A DNA stretch of 40,030 bases from positions 62,001 through 102,030 of the forward strand of contig JACPAV010000012.1 in the NCBI GenBank assembly GCA_016180645.1, given 5' to 3'. Position 1 is the stretch's first letter; every line of letters begins with the position of its first letter. The stretch comes from Nitrospirota bacterium. Its GTDB lineage: Bacteria > JACPQY01. This document shows positions 1 through 8,322 of the stretch, one piece after another. The position numbers and the translations under genes were made by a program. The notes beneath the pieces are model-generated. The model saw only the letters and a program-made list of their open reading frames with translations. It did not search any database and was not told where the DNA came from.

Positions 1-1
1 G

Positions 2-955
2 GCCGATGCTGCCCCACGTGGTTTGGCCTGCGACCACGGTTCGACTCAGGCTCCCTGCTTGGTATCCCGTGGCCACGGCGGTGACGGTGTAGTCGCCGGG
101 GGACAACGAAAATGTATATACGCCGTTCAGATCCGATTGCGAGGAGACGTTGGAGATCAACGTTACGTCCGCATTGGGAATGCGAGCACCCGTTCCCAGG
201 GATGAGTCGTAAATCATGCCCGTCAATGTTCCCGTGGATGGCGGCGGCGGGGGTGGCGGGTCGTCGGGTGGCGGTGGAGTGACCGCCGAAGGGTCGTAGT
301 CGGCCATTCCGTAGTGATTCTGAATCCCGTGCAGGTGGGCTCGCGCCGCCTCCTGTCTCTTGGCGGGATCGTTCAGGTAGACGAAATCTCCTGCATTCGA
401 AACAAAGGCCAACTCGTGCAACTCCGCAGGCATGGCCGTTTCGCGGAGGACGTGAAAGTTGGCCGTCAGATTGCCGCGGTCGCGCAACGGCCAATGCTTC
501 ATGGCCTCGGCGTGAACGTCGTTGCGGAGCCGGGCCCCCGTGCCGCCTTCGGAATAGGAGAAGGTGGAGATGCCGTTCGCGGAAGGATCGGAGAAACTGT
601 TGGTATGGATGGAAAGGAAACGATCCGCGCCGATGGAGTTGGCGTAGTCCGTCCTCGAAGAGAGGCTGACGAAGACGTCCGTCTCCCTCGTCATGGTGAC
701 CTGCCAGTCGCCGCCGCCGCGGGTGTCGTCCGTGTCGCTCTTCAGGAGATCCCGGAAGCGTTCGGAGACATCGAGATTGATGAGTGCCTCTTTCAACCCG
801 TTCGATACGGCGCCCGGGTCCGTTCCGCCGTGCCCGGCGTCTATGACGACTTTGGGCGAAGCCGCCCAGGCTTGGTTGGTGAGGAGTGAGGTATGAGGGG
901 TGAGTAGAAAGACCAGGAACGAGGAACCAGGAACCAGGAACCGGCGGAGGATCAT
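2..955 (-). CDS. N-acetylmuramoyl-L-alanine amidase (Amidase_3) + Pro linker + carboxypeptidase-regulatory-like beta domain; 3' end runs off the window
   Basis: Not in the ORF track; translated by hand from ATG 955 (ATGA overlap with the upstream stop): signal peptide, then VVIDAGHGGTDPGA..LKEA..MTRETD..FLSIHTNS..FHVLRETAMPAELHELAF, PPPP linker, TGTLTGMIYD. No stop before the window edge. Confidence 0.92.
   Translation of the reverse strand, partial: MILRRFLVPGSSFLVFLLTPHTSLLTNQAWAASPKVVIDAGHGGTDPGAVSNGLKEALINLDVSERFRDLLKSDTDDTRGGGDWQVTMTRETDVFVSLSSRTDYANSIGADRFLSIHTNSFSDPSANGISTFSYSEGGTGARLRNDVHAEAMKHWPLRDRGNLTANFHVLRETAMPAELHELAFVSNAGDFVYLNDPAKRQEAARAHLHGIQNHYGMADYDPSAVTPPPPDDPPPPPPPSTGTLTGMIYDSSLGTGARIPNADVTLISNVSSQSDLNGVYTFSLSPGDYTVTAVATGYQAGSLSRTVVAGQTTWGSIG
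880..942. repeat. Two adjacent 7-mer tandem arrays inside the amidase signal-peptide codons
   Basis: TGAGGAG/TGAGGTA/TGAGGGG/TGAGTAG (880-907) and ACCAGGA/ACGAGGA/ACCAGGA/ACCAGGA/ACC (912-942). Confidence 0.8.
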
Positions 956-1764
956 TTGGAAACCAGGTCGCCCACGTAGATGACGCCCTCGGCGTCAAAG
1001 ACCAGTGCCTTCATATCGGGTGAAGGCGCCGGTCGCTGCTCGAGCCGGTCTTTCGTGAACGTGAGCCGGATGCGGCCGAGTTTTTTCAGGTCCTGTACGA
1101 ACAGGTCGGCGGAGAGGAGGTTCCTCCCATCGTCCGTCGATACGTCGAAGAAGACCAAATCGGAATCCGGCGAGAAGGCCGGGTGATTGCCTCGACCCAG
1201 GTTCAGCGTCCGGCCCGATGCCGGTTCATGAACGAAGAGGCCCGAGGCCAGCCCTTGGTACAGTACTTTGGATCCATCAGGCGAGAGCATCGGCGCGAAG
1301 AACTTGTCACCGCCCCGAGTGATCTGAATCGCAGGTGTCTTTGCTTGAATTATGAAGATTTCGTCCGATTCGGCGTAGACCTCCGTGCCGCCGCTCCGCG
1401 AGGGCGCCCGGAAAGTGGGAATCGTATGTAACGCGTTTCCCTGGAGGTCGATGGCGCGCAGCTTCTCGCTGCCCGCCCCGGGGAAGGATGTGATGAGGGC
1501 GCGGCTGTCGTTCGACCAGATCGGGCGGAACCCGGCCCAAGGGTCGCTCGTGAGTTGACTCAGTGTCCCTCCCGCGAGCGGCGCGACAAACAGGCCCCTG
1601 TATTTGAAGCCGGAGAAGGCGATTTGTTGGGCGTCGGGCGACCACGACGCGGCCATGTACTCGCCGCGAGCGAACTCCCGGATGTTGGATATCGAAATCG
1701 AATCCGCCCAACTTGCGGTGGCGGCTACGAAAACGCTTGCGAGGAGCCGAACCAACGTTTTCAT
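952..1764 (-). CDS. Secreted TolB-like (PD40 repeat) beta-propeller protein
   Basis: Signal peptide from MKTLVR (ATG 1764); repeats WSPDAQQIAF, WSNDSRAL, LSPDGSKVLY, FSPDSDLVFF, PSPDMKALVF. Confidence 0.85.
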   Translation of the reverse strand: MKTLVRLLASVFVAATASWADSISISNIREFARGEYMAASWSPDAQQIAFSGFKYRGLFVAPLAGGTLSQLTSDPWAGFRPIWSNDSRALITSFPGAGSEKLRAIDLQGNALHTIPTFRAPSRSGGTEVYAESDEIFIIQAKTPAIQITRGGDKFFAPMLSPDGSKVLYQGLASGLFVHEPASGRTLNLGRGNHPAFSPDSDLVFFDVSTDDGRNLLSADLFVQDLKKLGRIRLTFTKDRLEQRPAPSPDMKALVFDAEGVIYVGDLVSK

Positions 1765-1872
1765 CTTGGACTGTGGAGGAGCAACTGAGATGCCAACTTT
1801 GATAGACAAGTAATTTCAATGCATTAAGAGCAACCCTTTCAAAGTGAGATTTCAGATTGAAAGGATCGTCCC

Positions 1873-2517
1873 CTAATCGGGACGTTTGCATCTCTCCAGC
1901 CACAAGCGAGCGTTTGACTCCACCTTCCCGCCCTCGATGGCACCGGCGATGGAGCAGACCATGGCGGGACGGGCAGCTAACACGGAGTCAAGGCTCTGAA
2001 AAGTGATCCCGCCGAGCGCAACCACCGGCAACCTGACCGTGCCCACCGCTTCGCGAAGGGCTTCAACGCCTGTTACGGGGTCGGGGTTGGGCTTGCTGCG
2101 AGTGGCGAAGACGGGACCGAACCCGATGTAATCGACCGGATCGCCGAGCGCCATTCTCGCCTGGCGCAGGTTGTGCGTGGACAGTCCGATCACGGCCTTC
2201 GGCCCCAAGATCTCTCTTGCCTCGGCCGGCGGCAGGTCGTCTTGTCCCACGTGCACGCCTTCGGCCCCCACGTCCCTCGCGATTTCCACGAAGTCGTTGA
2301 TGATGAAAAGACGGTCGCGAGGAATCAGCGGCCGGATCTCTTGAGCGATCTTCCTCGCATCGTGCTCCTCCAGACCCTTCATTCGAAGCTGGATGATCGG
2401 GCAGCCCGCGCGAACGTAGGCCTCGGCGATTTCCCGGAAGGAAAGTGAAGGATCGGGATACGGATCGATAATGGCGTAGAACCCGCGGAGGGGCGGCCGG
2501 GAAGGGGCGGGGGGCAT
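1873..2517 (-). CDS. thiE: Thiamine-phosphate synthase
   Basis: IQLRMK, FIIND, GVHVGQDD, IGLSTH, GPVFATRSK, VALGGI motifs. Confidence 0.93.
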   Translation of the reverse strand: MPPAPSRPPLRGFYAIIDPYPDPSLSFREIAEAYVRAGCPIIQLRMKGLEEHDARKIAQEIRPLIPRDRLFIINDFVEIARDVGAEGVHVGQDDLPPAEAREILGPKAVIGLSTHNLRQARMALGDPVDYIGFGPVFATRSKPNPDPVTGVEALREAVGTVRLPVVALGGITFQSLDSVLAARPAMVCSIAGAIEGGKVESNARLWLERCKRPD

Positions 2518-2520
2518 GGC

Positions 2521-3255
2521 TCAGGAGCGCAACAGCCGGACGCCGCCCATCATCACCAGACCCGCCAGGAAGAGAAAGATATGGAGGGCGCGGGAATCCT
2601 TGGCCTCATGAATTTCGGGGATGAGGTCGGAGATGCCGATGTGGAGGAAGATACCGCCTGAGAAGGCCAGAAGCGCCGGGAGCAGGGCTGCACCCGCGAG
2701 ATCCGAGGGGATCCCTGCGGCTACGGCGCCGAGGGGGATCATCGCCACGAACAGGAGGTTTGTCCACACGACCTTCGTCCAAGTGAAGTGCTCGCGCAGG
2801 AGGAGGCTCGTGAGCGAAAAAGCCTGCGGTGCATGGTGGGCCAGAATCCCCAGGAAGACGGCAAAACCGAGGCCCGTGGCGGGCAGCATCATGCTGGAGC
2901 CGAGGGCCAGACCGTCCGAGAAGGAATGGATCGAGAGGCCGACGAAGGCGGGGTAGCCCAGCACGTGCGTTTCACAATCGGGCTCCTCGCACGGATGCAC
3001 CATGAAGAACCTCTCCAGGACGTAGATCAGACTGAAGCCGGCAATGAAGAACAGTCCGGCCTTGGCCGCGAGCGAGTCAAACACTTCGGGTACGATATGG
3101 AAGAAGGTGAGTCCGAGAAAAACGCCCGCGCTCAGGCTCAGGCTTCGGGTTCGCCATCGCGTGCCGGGTCTCCGCCGGAGGAGTGCGAGACCCATGGCCA
3201 CGGAGATCATGATGAGGATCGTGTAGAGGGAAAGGCGGGCCAATGAGAGGGACAT
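2521..3255 (-). CDS. ZIP family (ZupT-like) divalent metal transporter
   Basis: About 8 hydrophobic helices; SAGVFL..HIVPE, His/Cys loop HPCEEPDCETH, HSFSDG, AHHAPQ, DLIPE. ATG 3255 follows GGGAG. Confidence 0.88.
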   Translation of the reverse strand: MSLSLARLSLYTILIMISVAMGLALLRRRPGTRWRTRSLSLSAGVFLGLTFFHIVPEVFDSLAAKAGLFFIAGFSLIYVLERFFMVHPCEEPDCETHVLGYPAFVGLSIHSFSDGLALGSSMMLPATGLGFAVFLGILAHHAPQAFSLTSLLLREHFTWTKVVWTNLLFVAMIPLGAVAAGIPSDLAGAALLPALLAFSGGIFLHIGISDLIPEIHEAKDSRALHIFLFLAGLVMMGGVRLLRS

Positions 3256-3621
3256 GCGTCTCCCATTATGAAGTTTGATCGCTTCGGCGTCCACTCACCC
3301 GCTTTGTATTCCGATGCCCGGGACCCTGCCCTCTTTTTGGAGAAGACAGCCGGACGCCAAAATGGTGTATTTCGGATTTGCCGGTTGGGGCCTTGCGAGA
3401 ATGGTTAGGGCTGGTTTCCCCTCGCGGATCACTCTCGGAGAGCAGCTCAGATCGGTAATTCTTCACCGCGTCGTCCGGTCCTCCGAATCTCGCCATGCCC
3501 TTCGCAATCCATCGTGGGCCGTCATCCGCCCGCGGCACCTGGGCACACGCCAAGGTATTGATACGCGTCATGGAGGACGGCGTTCCGGCCTGATATCGTG
3601 CATTCAAAGAAGGAGGCCTCG

Positions 3622-4053
3622 ATGGTTCGACACGTCTTCCTCGGAGTGATCCTCTCCGCGTTCCTGATCCCGGTCCTTCCCTCAGTGGCGCGTGCCGCCG
3701 GAGGGAAAGACCTTTTCCTCGAAAAGAAATGCGACAAGTGCCACTCCGTTGCGTCCGAAAAGATTGAGAAACAGGTGAACAAGAAAACGGGAAAGAAAAA
3801 GAAGGGACCCGACCTGTCGGGCGTGGGCCTCGACCATGATGCGGACTGGCTGACGAAGTTTGTGAAGAAGGAAATCGAAGCCGAGTCCGTTTACGACAAG
3901 ACCAAGAAAGTGAAGCACAAAAAGAAGTTCAAAGGGACGGACGCCGATCTGAAGTCGCTCGTCCAGTATTTGGCCGGTTTGAAGACGAAGGTGGAAGTCA
4001 AAGAAGAAGCCGGAGGGGAAGAGGACGAGGAGGAAGGCGAGGAGAAAGACTGA
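3622..4053 (+). CDS. Secreted monoheme cytochrome c with Lys-rich core and acidic tail
   Basis: RBS AAGGAGG, signal peptide, CDKCH, GPDLSGVG motif, C-terminal helix LVQYLAGL. Confidence 0.9.
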   Translation: MVRHVFLGVILSAFLIPVLPSVARAAGGKDLFLEKKCDKCHSVASEKIEKQVNKKTGKKKKGPDLSGVGLDHDADWLTKFVKKEIEAESVYDKTKKVKHKKKFKGTDADLKSLVQYLAGLKTKVEVKEEAGGEEDEEEGEEKD

Positions 4054-4069
4054 CCCGCTTCTTACTATA

Positions 4070-4108
4070 GAGGCTAAGCCTCGATAGCTACTATCGAGGC
4101 TTAGCCTC
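4070..4108. repeat. Perfect 18-bp inverted repeat whose arms are themselves palindromic
   Basis: GAGGCTAAGCCTCGATAG-cta-CTATCGAGGCTTAGCCTC, 16 nt after the cytochrome c stop codon. Confidence 0.85.
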
Positions 4109-4157
4109 GAAGACCAGAGACGACCCTCCCTGGAGGATGGGGGGGAGGAGGTGACAC

Positions 4158-5375
4158 GTGATGAGTTGGGGAATCATCTTGGTGTTCGCCTTGGGGGCGC
4201 ATGGATCCGGTTCATTCGAACTCAGCCGGGAGTGTACGGAGTGCCACACCGGCATCTACGGTTCAGACTGGAGCGGCTCCATGCACGCCCGCTCCTACAC
4301 AGATCCGCTTTTCCAAAACCAATTCAAAGAGGTCTCCAAGCCCGAGGAACGCCGGATCTGTTTGGGTTGTCACGCCCCGCTTGCCATCTACGATCGTGAT
4401 CCGCAACTCACGAAGGCCACGACACGCGAGGGAGTGAGCTGCGATTTCTGTCACACCGTCTCCGCACTCCTGCCGATCGCCTTCGATCAACCCCTGCGAT
4501 TCGTCCTCGCGCCGGGCGAGGTCAAGCGGGGGCCCTTCAGCGCGGGGGAGATGATCGAGAAAGGCCACAAGAACGAACGATCGTCCCTCTTCAGGGACTC
4601 GGCCTTCTGCGCGGGATGTCACGAGGTCGTCAACCGGCTGGGCCTTCACGTCATGAGTACCTTCAGCGAGTGGAGCCAGAGCGTCTATGCGGCCCAGCGG
4701 ATCGCCTGCCAGAACTGCCATCTGCCGCAAGACATCCGGTTCCCGACGGTGGACCCCTCCACGGCCGTGACTCCCCGATCCGCCACCTCCCACTCCATGC
4801 TCGGGGGACACTCGGCGCTCCAGCTCCGCGGCGCGGGAATGCTGGCTCTAAGGGCGTACGTCATCGGCTCGGTGGTCGACGTATCGGTGGACGTCACGAA
4901 CGTCGAGGCCGGTCACTTCCTGCCGACCGGATTGCCGTCCCGCAAAGTGGTCCTCAAGGTGGGGCTGTTCGACGAGAAGGAAGCCATGATTCAGGAAAAA
5001 GAGATTGAGTACAAACGGGTGTTGGGCGATACGCAAGGCCGACCCATTCCATCCGGCAAAATCCTGGACCTCTTCCTGAATTCATCGAGCGTCGTTTCCG
5101 ATACCCGAATTCCTCCAAAGGAAACTCGCCAGGAGCGAATTCGATTTGAGACCTCGCGATTTCGGCGGCCCCGCGTAGCCGTGGCGACCCTGGAATACCG
5201 GCTCGAGCCCGGACCCCCCGATCGGCCGTTCCCACCGCTTCGGTTGGCCGAGCAAAGGATGGACCTCCCGCTGCGGCCCGCCGCGGGCCGGTACTACATG
5301 CTGGCCCTCTTTGTCCTGGCCCTCGCCGGGGCCCTCTGGTTCATGGCCCGGCGGCGCACCGAAGGGAGCGGGTAG
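4158..5375 (+). CDS. Pentaheme c-type cytochrome (c554-like) with C-terminal membrane anchor
   Basis: CTECH, CLGCH, CDFCH, CAGCH, CQNCH; WSGSMHA and GHFLPTG motifs; C-terminal TM helix followed by RRR. Confidence 0.9.
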   Translation: MMSWGIILVFALGAHGSGSFELSRECTECHTGIYGSDWSGSMHARSYTDPLFQNQFKEVSKPEERRICLGCHAPLAIYDRDPQLTKATTREGVSCDFCHTVSALLPIAFDQPLRFVLAPGEVKRGPFSAGEMIEKGHKNERSSLFRDSAFCAGCHEVVNRLGLHVMSTFSEWSQSVYAAQRIACQNCHLPQDIRFPTVDPSTAVTPRSATSHSMLGGHSALQLRGAGMLALRAYVIGSVVDVSVDVTNVEAGHFLPTGLPSRKVVLKVGLFDEKEAMIQEKEIEYKRVLGDTQGRPIPSGKILDLFLNSSSVVSDTRIPPKETRQERIRFETSRFRRPRVAVATLEYRLEPGPPDRPFPPLRLAEQRMDLPLRPAAGRYYMLALFVLALAGALWFMARRRTEGSG

Positions 5376-5455
5376 CCTCCACCCGCGCGGGCCCCGATGC
5401 GGAACCGCTCAGTATTGATTGACAGCCGTGGGCCCAGGCGGAAGAATGCCGCTCC

Positions 5456-7987
5456 ATGACCCTCCCTGATGGTTCACGATGCGCTTGGATTCTTGCCTGG
5501 ATCGTTTGTGGTGTGGCCGGATGCAACAAGAATACGAATGACCCGCGTCTGGTCGGCCCGCTGGCGCCGACCGAAACGCGCGCCGGAGAAATCCGATCCG
5601 CCAAGGAGCTTCTGTCCGGCCCAAAGGCCGAAGGCAGGCTCGGCGACTACAAATTGATCAACGAACGTGTTTCGTTTGTCGTCGAGGGGGCGCGACCGTC
5701 ATCCGGTTATCTCGCCTACGGGGGCCTCGTCGTCGACGCGGTTCGCGAGGGGCAGGGAGGGGGATCGGGTCAGGACTCCTTCGAGGAGGCGGGGCCCGTG
5801 ATCAATCTTCAGGCGTTCCGTGGGGAGAAGGTGGAGATTGTGAATCCAGGAGGTTCGGGAATACCGGCGGTGATCAAGGTGAGGGGAAGCCTGGCGCCGG
5901 TCCCGATCGTGGCGGATCTATTTCCTCTGCAATTGGCGACGGGCGCCGCCGCGATCACCTACACCCTCGAACCGGGGGCCTCGGACCTGCGCATGGACTT
6001 GGAAATTACGAACTCGGGATCCCAGTCGGTGTCCTTTCAGGTCGGAGCCATGTTTCTGTTCGGGGACTATGTGAAAAGGTTCGTTCCCGGAGTGGGGTTC
6101 GACAGCGCCCAGTTCGGTGGGCGCACGGTCGATCTCTTCGGCGGGGTCGGGCGGGATGTGTCCTATGGTTGGGCATCCGAGACGGAAGACACCAAGATCG
6201 CCATCAACATTCTGGATGTGTTTGTTACGATCGGTGAGCCCGTGTCCGTTGCGCCCGGCGCTTCCCTGAGCCTGACTCGACGTCTCGTCGTGGCCGGCGG
6301 CACGGTGGAAGAACTGCTTGAAGCGAGGGATCTCGCGCTTGGCCGGAGTCGGCCCCGGGGCATCGTTGAAGGTCGGATTGTCGGGCTGACTGCCGAAGAT
6401 CTCGCTCACACAGAGGTTCACGTGTTGAGCGAACGCGAAGAGGGCGAGGAACTCCTGACGCAGGGGAGGCCGGATGGCAACGGACGCTTCCACTTCGCCG
6501 TGCAGCCCGGACCGGTCCGCCTCGTTACGGTGGCCCCCGGCCGTCCAAAGAAAATTGTGGACCTGGAGGTGAAGGAGGGCGTTTCCGCACTGGGCGATCT
6601 GAGTTTGCCTGCGCGAGGCGGGCTCTCGTTTGAAGTATCTGATGAAACGGCCCCGCTTCCCTCAAAACTGACCATCGAATCTCAGGGCGAAGATCCTGAT
6701 CCACCGAAGGCGATCCTCGGCGAGCCGCCGAGGCCGGAGGACACCATCCGACTCGTGTTCTCCCACTCCGGTTCTGGAGAAGTGGCGTTGCCGCCGGGCG
6801 CCTACCGTGTCACCGCATCACGGGGCGTTGAGTATACAATCGATTCTCAAGTCTTGACCGTTCCAGCCGATGGAACCGTGTCGTTCCGCGGGGCGCTCAG
6901 CAAGGTGGTCGATACGGGCGAATACCGGTCCGGAGATTTCCATATCCATGCGCTTCCGAGCCCGGACAGCGAGGACCTCCTGGAGATGAAAGTGCAGGCC
7001 TTTGCGGCGGAGGGGCTACAGATCGCCGTATCCACCGACCACGACCGGCTGACGAACTACGCGCCTGCCGTCGCCTTGCTCGGTCTCGACCGATGGTTGA
7101 CCACGTTCATCGGCGACGAAATTTCAACAAACATCAAAGGCCACTTCAACGCCTTCCCGCTCGCCCTTCAGCCGATGGCGCGGAACTCCGGCGCCGTGGA
7201 CTGGTTCGGGCTCACGGTTCCCGCGATCGTCGAATTGGCGAGGAAAGCGAACTCGGGCGATGAGCTTGTGCAGATGAATCATCCTCGCGGCAGCTCGGCC
7301 TATTTCAATTACATCGAGTTCGATCCCGCAGCCGGCGAATCCAGGAACGCCGCTGAATTCACGACCCAGTTCGACACCATCGAAGTGTTCAACGGCAAGC
7401 GGAAGTCAGACACCCCCAAGGTATTGCAGGATTGGTACTCGCTGCTCAACCGCGGCGTCTTCATCCCGGCCGTGGGGAATTCCGATTCGCACACGGCGGC
7501 GCAAAAGCAGGAGGTTGGCTATCCGAGGACCTACATTCGCTTCCCCGGTGTGAGTTCCCTTTCGGAGATCGACAAGGCCGGGCTGATGAAGCGGATTCGC
7601 GCCGGCGATGTCACCGTGTGCGGCGGTCCGTTCGTGACGATCGAAGCCGGGGACGTGTCGATGGGTTCAACCGTGAAGGCCGTGGACGGCGCCGTCGAAA
7701 TCCGCGTGCGGGTTCAGGCTCCGCCCTGGATGGATGTGGATACCGTGAAACTCATCGTGAATGGGAGGGAGACTTCGGAGCTTTCCTTTCCGTTGCCTTC
7801 GAGTGGTGACGTTGTCAGGCTCGACAAGATGGTCACGGTGCGGGTGGCTACCGATGCCTGGGTTGTTGAGGTTGCTGAAGGCGACGGCGATCTGGGGCCT
7901 GTGGTTCTCGGCACCAACGCCCTGTCGTTCACCAACCCTATTTTCATCGATGCCGACGGCAACGGCGTCTTCGATCCGCCGCGCTGA
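5456..7987 (+). CDS. Lipoprotein with beta-sandwich domains and a C-terminal PHP-like (CehA/McbA-type) metallohydrolase
   Basis: Lipobox VAGC; GDFHIH, STDHD, GDEIST..GHFN, NHPR, GNSDSH metal-binding motifs. Confidence 0.82.
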   Translation: MTLPDGSRCAWILAWIVCGVAGCNKNTNDPRLVGPLAPTETRAGEIRSAKELLSGPKAEGRLGDYKLINERVSFVVEGARPSSGYLAYGGLVVDAVREGQGGGSGQDSFEEAGPVINLQAFRGEKVEIVNPGGSGIPAVIKVRGSLAPVPIVADLFPLQLATGAAAITYTLEPGASDLRMDLEITNSGSQSVSFQVGAMFLFGDYVKRFVPGVGFDSAQFGGRTVDLFGGVGRDVSYGWASETEDTKIAINILDVFVTIGEPVSVAPGASLSLTRRLVVAGGTVEELLEARDLALGRSRPRGIVEGRIVGLTAEDLAHTEVHVLSEREEGEELLTQGRPDGNGRFHFAVQPGPVRLVTVAPGRPKKIVDLEVKEGVSALGDLSLPARGGLSFEVSDETAPLPSKLTIESQGEDPDPPKAILGEPPRPEDTIRLVFSHSGSGEVALPPGAYRVTASRGVEYTIDSQVLTVPADGTVSFRGALSKVVDTGEYRSGDFHIHALPSPDSEDLLEMKVQAFAAEGLQIAVSTDHDRLTNYAPAVALLGLDRWLTTFIGDEISTNIKGHFNAFPLALQPMARNSGAVDWFGLTVPAIVELARKANSGDELVQMNHPRGSSAYFNYIEFDPAAGESRNAAEFTTQFDTIEVFNGKRKSDTPKVLQDWYSLLNRGVFIPAVGNSDSHTAAQKQEVGYPRTYIRFPGVSSLSEIDKAGLMKRIRAGDVTVCGGPFVTIEAGDVSMGSTVKAVDGAVEIRVRVQAPPWMDVDTVKLIVNGRETSELSFPLPSSGDVVRLDKMVTVRVATDAWVVEVAEGDGDLGPVVLGTNALSFTNPIFIDADGNGVFDPPR

Positions 7988-8322
7988 GCGGTTCCTCGAT
8001 GGCTTCCTGGTGGTGAAATGGCAAGTGTCCCGTCATGTGCGGTTCCATTTCCGCATCACCACGGTTTTCAATCAAGACCCGAGAGATGTGAGATCTTGAG
8101 GGGAAGGCTCCTCGGGGGCAGGCTCTCCCTCTAGGCAGCAGAACAGAAGTCCTTGGAGATGCTCACCGCGGTTCGCGGAGCCTGACACGTCTTCGAGTGC
8201 GGCCTCGGCTCCGAATGCCTTCAGAGCCGGGCGGCAGCGAGGCTCCGCTGCGGATAGGGAGGTTTGTCGCAGAGCGTTTAGGCTCTACACGTAGATGTGC
8301 GCAATGAGTATTGTGTGCATTC

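Noticed and set aside
314-889. 191-aa plus-strand ORF
   Set aside because: Antisense shadow of the minus-strand amidase, which has the conserved motifs.
3256-3621. TPP riboswitch or Zur box upstream of the ZIP-thiE genes
   Set aside because: No TPP core motif and no convincing palindromic box seen.
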